A stretch of 64,000 nucleotides of DNA from contig JAZAMN010000008.1 in NCBI GenBank assembly GCA_036229005.1, forward strand, positions 1 to 64,000. The letters run 5' to 3'. Source of the DNA: Myxococcota bacterium. GTDB lineage: Bacteria; Myxococcota_A; UBA796; CAJQPC01. Positions 56,788 to 64,000 of the stretch are shown here, piece by piece. The notes beneath the pieces were generated by a model. The model had not been told where the DNA came from, did no database searches, and worked only from the letters and a program-made list of their open reading frames with translations. The position numbers were made by a program, and so were the translations under genes. Position 1 is the stretch's first letter. Each line of letters begins with the position of its first letter.

Positions 56788-58785
56788 TCATGGTTGGGCC
56801 ACCGCCGCCTGCAGCTCCACGACCTCCCACGCGCCGGGGGCGGTCTCGGTCACGACACGCAGCACCTCGCCGTCGCTGACGATGTCGCGTACCCGACCTC
56901 CGAGGGGCTCACAGCCCGAGGCGGTGCAGAGCTGATCCTGGACCACCCACGCAGCCTCTCCTCCCCAGAACACGGGGGGGTGCTGCAGGGAGAGCGCGGG
57001 GGAGGCGGCCAGGATCTCGGGGGAGGACCAGCTCTCGCCGCCGTCGGTGGAGGTGACGCGCAGGAGCTGGGTGGATTCGTCGCCGCGGCTGAGGACCAGC
57101 AGCTCCAGGGCGCCGTCGCGCGCCTGGAGGGTGGGCCAGGCCAGGCGCCAACTGCCGGAGAGGGGCTGGGCGTCGGCGAGATCGACGGGCTGGGTGCCCT
57201 CGAAGACCCAGTCGCTGCCCTGCCAGTGGCCGGTCTGGAGGTAGACGCGGCGGCGGTCGCGGGCCTCGTTGTTGGGGGGGCTGGCGACCAGGGGGAGCAG
57301 GACGCGGCCGTCGTCCAGGAGCGCGGCGCTGTGGAGCTCGGGGTAGAGCAGGCCGTCGTCGGTGTTGACGCCCTGGACCCAGTCGCCGCCCTCCAGGCAG
57401 GCGTGGCGGATGGCGACGGAGTTGTCGATGCCGGCGCTGGCGATGTCGTCGGGGTTGTAGGGGTAGCTCAGGCAGAGCCGGCCCTGGGCGTCGGTGGCCA
57501 TCGCGGGGCGCCAGAAGGGGCCGACCTCGGCCTCGGGAGCGGGGAGCTCGGAGACCAGGGCGCCGTCCTGGAGCAGGGCGCAGCGGGGGACCCAAGGCAG
57601 GGTGATGTCCCAGTCGACCAGCTCGCGCCAGCACACCGCCTGCTGGCCGCCGAGCTCCAGGCCGACGGGGGCCTCGGCGGCGCGGGAGTCGGGGTCGGAG
57701 AGCTGCAGATCGCCCACGAACACGGCGCTGCGGTGGGCGGGATCGTCGGTCAGAAAGCGCTCTTGAAGCGCCGGAATCCGCGATGTGCGGGAGACGCCCT
57801 GGCGGGGGGACTCGGGGGCGGACTCCATGGCCTCGCTGATGGGGAGGCCCTCGGCCCAGGGCAGGTCCACGCCGGCCAGCGCGGCGATGGTGGGGGCGAC
57901 ATCCTGCAGGGCCCAGGGCCCCTCGACCACCTTCCCTGCGGGCACGCCGGGGCCGATCAGCAAGAGGGGGATGTCGCGGTCGCCGGTGGAGCTGTTGCCG
58001 TGGTTGCGCCAATACTCCTCTTCGGTGGAGTAGTCCGAGCGGTGGCGGCCGTGGTCGGAGGTCACGACCAGCAGGGTGTTCCCGGCGTAGAAGGGGTCGA
58101 GCTGGAGCTGCTCCCAGAGGGTGACCAGGGGGGCGTCCACGTCCTCGATGGCCTTGAGGTAGCCGTCCAGCTCGGGGGCGTAGTGGCCGGTGCGGTCCAC
58201 CGCCTTGAGGTTCACCATCACGTAGGTGGGGTGCTGCTCGCTCAGCAGGCGCGAGAGCTGGGCGAAGGCCGGGGCGTCCTCTCCGGCGGGCTGGATGGAG
58301 CCGGGCTCTTCGGGCACGAAGGCCCACTCGGCGCCCAGAGTCTGCCCGCCTTCGGGGTGCAGGGACCAGGTCATGGGCTCGATCAGCGACTGGTTGGCCA
58401 GCACCATGGCCTGCTCGTCGGGGTGCTGGGCGCGCGCGGCCTCGATCCAGGTGGGCACGAGGGGCCGGTAGCTGCCCGCCCCGAAGTCGTTGGCGAAGTT
58501 CGCCAGGGGCGTGCGGCGCCCGGTCATCAAGATCGCGTGGGCCGGCGCGGTCGTGGTCGTCCCGTAGTTGCGCACCCCCTGGACCAGCGTGCCCTGGGGG
58601 ACCAGCAGCTCGTGGATCAGGGGCAGGCTCTCCTTCCCGGGCAGGCCCGTCAGCTCGCTGCGGGTCTCGGAGAAGCCGTCGTCGGTGCGGATCCCGTCGA
58701 TGACCACCACGATCACGTTCAGCGGGGGCTCGGTGGCGGTGCGGCAGCCGCTCAGGGACAGCAGCAAAGGGAGGGTCGCGAGCAT
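56788..58785 (-). CDS. Alkaline phosphatase superfamily (NPP/phosphodiesterase-like) lipoprotein with C-terminal Asp-box domain
   Basis: LLLSLSGC lipobox; VVIDGIR, TTTAPAH, VDRTGH and TSDHG metal-site motifs; STDGGESWS Asp-box; start could be 58794. Confidence 0.8.
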   Translation of the reverse strand: MLATLPLLLSLSGCRTATEPPLNVIVVVIDGIRTDDGFSETRSELTGLPGKESLPLIHELLVPQGTLVQGVRNYGTTTTAPAHAILMTGRRTPLANFANDFGAGSYRPLVPTWIEAARAQHPDEQAMVLANQSLIEPMTWSLHPEGGQTLGAEWAFVPEEPGSIQPAGEDAPAFAQLSRLLSEQHPTYVMVNLKAVDRTGHYAPELDGYLKAIEDVDAPLVTLWEQLQLDPFYAGNTLLVVTSDHGRHRSDYSTEEEYWRNHGNSSTGDRDIPLLLIGPGVPAGKVVEGPWALQDVAPTIAALAGVDLPWAEGLPISEAMESAPESPRQGVSRTSRIPALQERFLTDDPAHRSAVFVGDLQLSDPDSRAAEAPVGLELGGQQAVCWRELVDWDITLPWVPRCALLQDGALVSELPAPEAEVGPFWRPAMATDAQGRLCLSYPYNPDDIASAGIDNSVAIRHACLEGGDWVQGVNTDDGLLYPELHSAALLDDGRVLLPLVASPPNNEARDRRRVYLQTGHWQGSDWVFEGTQPVDLADAQPLSGSWRLAWPTLQARDGALELLVLSRGDESTQLLRVTSTDGGESWSSPEILAASPALSLQHPPVFWGGEAAWVVQDQLCTASGCEPLGGRVRDIVSDGEVLRVVTETAPGAWEVVELQAAVAQP

Positions 58786-58819
58786 CTGTGACATCCTAGC
58801 CCCCCACAGCGAGGACAGC

Positions 58820-60532
58820 ATGTCGCAGGGCGGAGATTGGGCCTGGATCGTCGGGGCGGGGTCGGTGGTGCTCATGGCCGCCGGGTGCGCGGGGATGCTC
58901 GGGGTTGGGCTGATGCGGGGCGTGGAGATGCCCGAGGTCGAGGTCCCCACCCCCACCCTCCCGCAGCCCGCGGACATCTCGGAGCCCCCCTCCACCAGCG
59001 AGGACACCCTGCCCCTGACCGAGCCCGCGGAGCCCGTGGAGCCGCCCCCCGAGCCCTCCGAGCGCCCGGAGACGCGGCTTCAGCCCGACCAGGGGTTGGA
59101 CCGGGGGGTGGAGATCCTGGCGGCCGCCTATGGGCAGGGGTTGATCTGGCCGGAGGCGACGCTGTCGGTGTCCCTGGACGGCCTCTGCGCCCAGGGCATC
59201 GCGGCGGCCTGCAACCAGCCGCGGGGGCTGCAGTCCGCCCCCGAGAGCACGCTCACGGTGAACTGCCACGACCAGAACGACGCGCTGTCCTGCCTGGTGC
59301 TGGGCTGGAAGCTCACCCAGCGCGACGCCCGCGGGCGCCCGCACCGGGACCGCCACGACATGCAGTGGGTGGCCCTGAGCGACGTGGACGTGGAGGACAC
59401 GCCGCGGGACATCGAGGGCGCCGACGCCTTCCACCAAGGCTGCGCGCAGCGGGACCCGCGGAGCTGCGCGGAGCTGGGGCGGCTCTATGGCTGGGGCATC
59501 GGGCGCGCGCACGACCCGGAGCGGGCCACGGAGCTGTTCGAGGCCGCCTGCGGGGCGGGGGACGCGCTGGCCTGTAGCTGGTGGGGGGACCGCTTCGTGG
59601 AGAGCGATCCCCAGCAGGCGCTGGCGCTCTACACGCGGGCCTGCGAGGGGGGCTCAGGCGAGGGCTGCCGCAACCAGTACGCGCTCACCGAGGGGGAGGG
59701 CCGGAACGCCATCCTGGAGGGCGGCTGTCTGGAGCACCAGGACGGGCGGGCCTGCACCTGGCACTCCCAGAACCAGGTGGAGCAGGAGCTGGACCCCGAC
59801 GCAGGCATCGCGCGGCTGGAGCTGCTCTGCGACGGGGCGGGCGCCCAGGTCGGGCTGGCCTACCCCTGCGATCTGCTGGCTGGCTACGCCCTCAACGGGG
59901 TGGGCATGCCCTCCAACGCCGCCTGGGCGGTGGAGCTCAACCGCAAGGGCTGCGACGCGGGCGACCCGGCGGCCTGCGCCCACCTGGCCTACCGCTACGA
60001 CGACGGTCGGGGCGTTGCCGCCGACCCGCGGCAGGCGCTGCGTCACCTGCGCATGGCCTGCGACGCCGACTTTGCCGAGGGCTGCCGGTCGCTGGCCGAG
60101 CTGCGCTACTCCAGCGAGCTGGACGACCCGCCGGCCCCCGACAACAGCGAGGCCCTGCCGGCCATGAAGCGCGCCTGCGAGCTGGACGACGGCGAGGCCT
60201 GCAACCGCCTGGCGATCATCTACACCAGCGGCCTCAAGGGGGCGCCGGTCAAGGAGGACCTGGTGGCCGACCTGCACGCCCAGTCCTGCGAGCTGGGCTT
60301 TGCCTGGGGCTGCTTCAACCACGCCTGGTGGGACGACCAAGGGGACAAGGGCAAGGAACCCTGGGCCGCTGCGCGCCTGCTCCAGTCCTGTGAGCTGGGC
60401 CTGGGCGAGGGCTGCGAGGCCTACGCCGACCGCCTGGCCGAGGGGCGGGGGGTGGACGGCGATGCCGGCGCGGCGGCGGCGTATCGGGCGAAGGCGTGTG
60501 AGCTGGGGGTGGCGGGCGCCTGCGAGGGCTGA
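58820..60532 (+). CDS. Cys-rich Sel1-like repeat protein with N-terminal membrane anchor
   Basis: GAGGA then ATG 58820; repeated SCAELGRLYGWG / ACDA..AC..L Sel1-like units. Confidence 0.85.
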   Translation: MSQGGDWAWIVGAGSVVLMAAGCAGMLGVGLMRGVEMPEVEVPTPTLPQPADISEPPSTSEDTLPLTEPAEPVEPPPEPSERPETRLQPDQGLDRGVEILAAAYGQGLIWPEATLSVSLDGLCAQGIAAACNQPRGLQSAPESTLTVNCHDQNDALSCLVLGWKLTQRDARGRPHRDRHDMQWVALSDVDVEDTPRDIEGADAFHQGCAQRDPRSCAELGRLYGWGIGRAHDPERATELFEAACGAGDALACSWWGDRFVESDPQQALALYTRACEGGSGEGCRNQYALTEGEGRNAILEGGCLEHQDGRACTWHSQNQVEQELDPDAGIARLELLCDGAGAQVGLAYPCDLLAGYALNGVGMPSNAAWAVELNRKGCDAGDPAACAHLAYRYDDGRGVAADPRQALRHLRMACDADFAEGCRSLAELRYSSELDDPPAPDNSEALPAMKRACELDDGEACNRLAIIYTSGLKGAPVKEDLVADLHAQSCELGFAWGCFNHAWWDDQGDKGKEPWAAARLLQSCELGLGEGCEAYADRLAEGRGVDGDAGAAAAYRAKACELGVAGACEG

Positions 60533-60533
60533 G

Positions 60534-62273
60534 TCAGATCTGGTTCAGCCCCTCCTTGAGGTCGGCGGTGGCCGCGGCGAAGGGGCCGCTCGAGGCAGCG
60601 CAGCTCTCGGCCCTCTGGACCAGCGAGAGACCACTCTGGCGGACCCTGTCCTGCTTCTTGAGCTGGGTCTTGGCCTGCTGCTTGGCGTCCTGTTCCTGCT
60701 TGGTGTCTTCCGGTTCGGGGGTCTTTGAGATCTCGCCCCAATTGTCTCGGGTGTTGTCCCAGAGGTTGTGGGCGGTGACCACCTTGTCGCCGTCCAGGCG
60801 GGGGTTTCGGTAGCCGGTCGCCTTGCCGGCGACCTCGGACCAGATCCCCTCTTGGCCTTGGGCGGTGCTGCTCTCGTAGTTTGTCTGCGCGTCCAGGAAG
60901 CTCCCGTCGCCGCGAGCGCCGACCAGCAGCCCAACGCCACCCAGAGCTGCGCTCTTGAGGTGCTCTCCGGACTGGGACTGAGCAGCCAGCTTGTGCTTGA
61001 GCCGGGTCTTGTTCCGGGAGCTGATGTACTTGGTCCAGATCCCCAGCCCCAGCGACAGCGCGGCCTGGATCACCTTGATGATCACCAGCGCCCCGGTCGC
61101 CGAGAGGGCCACCGGGATCGCGCCCACCAGAGTGGCCCAGATCGCGAAGGTCCCGATGGCTCTGGAGAACACACCGAGTACATCCTGGAAGGTCAGCAGG
61201 TGGTGGTAGAGACCGTTGAGCGGCTCTCCGAGCTCTGTGGCCTTCACCCCAGCCTTCTTCTGGGCATCGGCGAGCTCAGCGATGAAGCCCTTGAAGCCCT
61301 GCTGGGTGGTGATCTTCCGCCCGCCGTCCCCAGGGGTGAGGGTCTCGGTCGGCTTCCCATCTGAGGTGCTCCCGGAGCTGGCCTTCATGCCATGGTTCTG
61401 GTCCTTCACCAGCCTGGCAACCGACTCCCAGGTCACAGCGCCCCCGGTCAGCATCTCCACGGCGCCCGCGACCAGCTTGGAGCCAACCCACTGCGCCAGG
61501 CGTCCGAGCCAGCTGCTCATGTAGGCTGGCTTCCACTGGAAGCCCACCTCATCCTCAAAGAACTCCCGGGTCCCCTCGGCGCGCGCCATCATCCGATTGG
61601 CCTGCACGCGGCGGTCCTGTAGCTGCTTGACGGTGGCCAGCTCCGAGGAGATGTCCGCGCCCCTGGCCGACTTGTCGCCGATGCTGTCGTAGGCGTCGCT
61701 GGCCTGGTCTGTCCAGGTCTCCGTGAGCTGTTGCCAGAGGAGCAGGTCTTCGATGCGCGCCTCCGCCGAGCGGCTGTCGACTGCCAGCAGGTCGGCGTTC
61801 CAGCGCGGGTCCCCCTCCACCTTCTTGGGGTCATCCTTCAGCTGTTTCTTGCGGGCATCCAAGAGCTGGAGACCCTCGCCGGCGAGCCGGTGATACTCCC
61901 GGAGCTCACTGTTCCTCTTGGACAGGTGCTTGTAGGTCTGCTTTGCCCGCTTCCGAGCCCGCTTCGCCACCTTCTTGCCCCTGGCGCCGTCCAGGTCCTT
62001 GCGGATGTCCCCGGCCTTCTCCGTCTTGGTCCGCAGCCCAAACCAGGTCTTGTGGGTCAGCTTCTCGGCCTCCGCGTCCTGCCCGGCCAGTCCGAAGATC
62101 TTCCGCGTATACCGGTTGGCGTTGAAGCGGCGCAGCGCCGCGTCCCCGTCCAGGGGGTCCTTGAGCGGGTCCTGCATGCTGGCGGGGCCCTGTTCCTGGG
62201 CCGACTCAGCGTGCTCCTGCTCCCCGCCGCCCCTCTCGGACTCCGCGTCCGCCGCCAGCATCTCCTGATCCAT
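60534..62273 (-). CDS. Hypothetical protein, charged/coiled-coil N-half and central hydrophobic segments
   Basis: 579-aa ORF with GGAGG RBS; hydrophobic stretch FAIWATLVGAIPVALSATGALVIIKVIQAALSLGLGIW. Confidence 0.7.
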   Translation of the reverse strand: MDQEMLAADAESERGGGEQEHAESAQEQGPASMQDPLKDPLDGDAALRRFNANRYTRKIFGLAGQDAEAEKLTHKTWFGLRTKTEKAGDIRKDLDGARGKKVAKRARKRAKQTYKHLSKRNSELREYHRLAGEGLQLLDARKKQLKDDPKKVEGDPRWNADLLAVDSRSAEARIEDLLLWQQLTETWTDQASDAYDSIGDKSARGADISSELATVKQLQDRRVQANRMMARAEGTREFFEDEVGFQWKPAYMSSWLGRLAQWVGSKLVAGAVEMLTGGAVTWESVARLVKDQNHGMKASSGSTSDGKPTETLTPGDGGRKITTQQGFKGFIAELADAQKKAGVKATELGEPLNGLYHHLLTFQDVLGVFSRAIGTFAIWATLVGAIPVALSATGALVIIKVIQAALSLGLGIWTKYISSRNKTRLKHKLAAQSQSGEHLKSAALGGVGLLVGARGDGSFLDAQTNYESSTAQGQEGIWSEVAGKATGYRNPRLDGDKVVTAHNLWDNTRDNWGEISKTPEPEDTKQEQDAKQQAKTQLKKQDRVRQSGLSLVQRAESCAASSGPFAAATADLKEGLNQI

Positions 62274-62347
62274 CTGGACCTCCTGGCGGCTAGGTTTATC
62301 GAGCGCAGAATCTCAGTAAAGACGTAATCATACGGGGCCTTGGGAGC

Positions 62348-63079
62348 TCAGCGCCGCAGCATCGCCCCCACCCCGAACAACCCACCAATCACCAGCGCCA
62401 GCAGCCCGTGCGCTGAGAGCAGGTGGGTCAGGTCGTTGGCGGCGCAGTGGAGCTGTTGGACGAGCAGGCCGACCAGCCCGCCGGCGGTCGCGGCCATCGC
62501 CAGGGTGTTGCGGTCCTTGCGCACCCAACGCGAGAAGAAGAGGATGCCACCCGCCGTCGCCAGGGCCACCACGCTCCCCATCGAGAAGCAGCCCACGATG
62601 GGCTTGAGCGCCCCGTGCGTGTCCATCCCGGGGACCGGGATCAGGGAGATCAGCAGCGGGCTGAGCAGCGCCCCCAGGGCCAGGGCCCAGCCGCCGCGCA
62701 GGGGGGGCCGGTCGGGGCCGCGCAGGCTCATCGCGAGGCTGATGGCGGCGGCGATGGCGGCCAGAGCGGCGGGCAGGGCCATGCCTCGCAGCACCTCGCT
62801 GTCGCCGAGATCTCCGCGGATGCCGCTGCTCACCGTCAGCGCTGCAGCGGTGGTCCCCCCGACTGCGAGGGCCGCCAAGCCCACCCTCACCGGCGTCGGC
62901 AGCGACAGGACCCGCTCCCGAAGCCCCGGGGACTCGGTCTGCGCGTGCAGGTCCGCGAGCATGGACTCCATGTCCATGACCTCGTCGTCGCTCGGCAGCT
63001 CGGGCAGCTTGTCCACCATGGGCTCAGAGATGCCAGAGGACCCCGCCGGGTTCCGTGGATCCGGTGTCAACTCGCTCAC
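62348..63079 (-). CDS. Membrane anti-sigma factor (NrsF/DUF1109-like)
   Basis: Multi-TM with LHC...HLLSAH motif; coupled (GTGA) to the ECF sigma gene. Confidence 0.75.
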   Translation of the reverse strand: MSELTPDPRNPAGSSGISEPMVDKLPELPSDDEVMDMESMLADLHAQTESPGLRERVLSLPTPVRVGLAALAVGGTTAAALTVSSGIRGDLGDSEVLRGMALPAALAAIAAAISLAMSLRGPDRPPLRGGWALALGALLSPLLISLIPVPGMDTHGALKPIVGCFSMGSVVALATAGGILFFSRWVRKDRNTLAMAATAGGLVGLLVQQLHCAANDLTHLLSAHGLLALVIGGLFGVGAMLRR

Positions 63080-63609
63080 TTGTCCTCCCCCAGCAGCGCC
63101 TGCAGCGCCTTGTAGGCCCGGTGCGCGCGGACCTTGGCCGCCGAGCGGCTGATGCCCAGCACCTGGGCGACCTCCTCCATGGGCAGGCCCTGGTACCAGT
63201 GCAGGATCAGGACCTCGCGCTGGCCTTCATTGACCGCCATCAGGGCCCGGCGAACGGCCCGCTGCTCGGGGGTCGAGGCCTTGGGGCCGACGCTGGGTTC
63301 GTGGGCGTCGGGCTCGTAGGCGACCTCCGGCTTGCGGGCGCGGCGGCGGTGGTGCATGCGCCGCAGGTTGGCGGCGATGGTGTAGATCCAGGGCCGAAAG
63401 GGCGCCCCCGGCTGGTAGTCGCGGCGGGCGCGGTGAAGCTGCAGGAAGCTCTGCTGGACCAGGTCGCGGGCGGCCTCGGGGTCCCCGATCTGCCGCAGGA
63501 AGAAGGCGTTGAGCTTGCCCGCGTAGCGGCGAAAGAGCGCGTCGAATGCGCTGGGGTCATCGCCCTCGCGCACCCGCCGCATCAGCTCCTCGTCGCTGCG
63601 GGCGTTCAC
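63076..63609 (-). CDS. ECF RNA polymerase sigma factor
   Basis: SDEELM, AFDALFRRY, DLVQQSFL, FRPWIYTIAAN and EVAQVLGISRSAAKVRAHRA motifs; GTG 63609. Confidence 0.93.
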   Translation of the reverse strand: MNARSDEELMRRVREGDDPSAFDALFRRYAGKLNAFFLRQIGDPEAARDLVQQSFLQLHRARRDYQPGAPFRPWIYTIAANLRRMHHRRRARKPEVAYEPDAHEPSVGPKASTPEQRAVRRALMAVNEGQREVLILHWYQGLPMEEVAQVLGISRSAAKVRAHRAYKALQALLGEDK

Positions 63610-64000
63610 TTGCCGGTTGCCGAGAAGTGCTGGTAATCCTTGGAGTTCTTCCAGGTCCCGCCCCAGCCCCAGCCGATCTCGGCGAAGGCCTTCACCACCA
63701 GCCCGTCGGCGTGCACCAGCCCGGGCAGATCGGCCTCTCGGTCCAGGAAGTCGGCGCCGCCGGGGGGCATGACCTTGCCGCCGCGCACGTAGGGGTTCCA
63801 CAGGGGGTTCAGGTCCAGGGCGTGCCCGAAGCTGTGCTCGGAGTAGCGGCTGCCTCCGCTCACCGGCCGGCAGTTGAACGCCGAGGTGTTGTTGTCCGCC
63901 ATCATCGCGTCGTCGTCGCCGCCGTAGACATGGGCGGGCTTCATCTGCTGGATCACGAACCCGGCCTCGAACAGCGTCCCAAAGACCTGCGAGAGCCCCT
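63606..64000 (-). CDS. M15 family D-Ala-D-Ala peptidase, 3' part
   Basis: NNTSAFNCR, SEHSFGHALDLNP, WGWGGTW and DYQHF motifs; frame open to the window edge. Confidence 0.9.
   Translation of the reverse strand, partial: GLSQVFGTLFEAGFVIQQMKPAHVYGGDDDAMMADNNTSAFNCRPVSGGSRYSEHSFGHALDLNPLWNPYVRGGKVMPPGGADFLDREADLPGLVHADGLVVKAFAEIGWGWGGTWKNSKDYQHFSATGK

Overview
High-GC bacterial chromosome segment. Gene content suggests Myxococcota/deltaproteobacteria (inference). It spans the replication origin: mnmE-jag-yidC-yidD-rnpA-rpmH divergent from dnaA-dnaN-recF-gyrB, with DnaA-box-rich intergenic regions on both sides of dnaA. The flanks carry housekeeping and accessory genes: gshB, htpG, arcA, a monofunctional transglycosylase, a TetR-regulated RND efflux operon, an ArsA/Get3-like ATPase pair, an ECF sigma/anti-sigma pair, many lipoproteins, a STAND-like TPR protein and a giant repeat pseudokinase. 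The most striking element lies at about 55550-56790 on the minus strand. A 247-aa uncharacterised protein with an upstream dyad operator is followed by a ~400-nt structured non-coding region holding two circularly permuted, anticodon-less tRNA-like modules. Each module reads T-arm, acceptor 3' strand + NCCA, 5-nt linker, acceptor 5' strand, D-arm. Two intergenic elements built from inverted arrays of 31-bp-period repeats with unrelated sequences are also present. All calls come from reading the sequence; no database searches were run.
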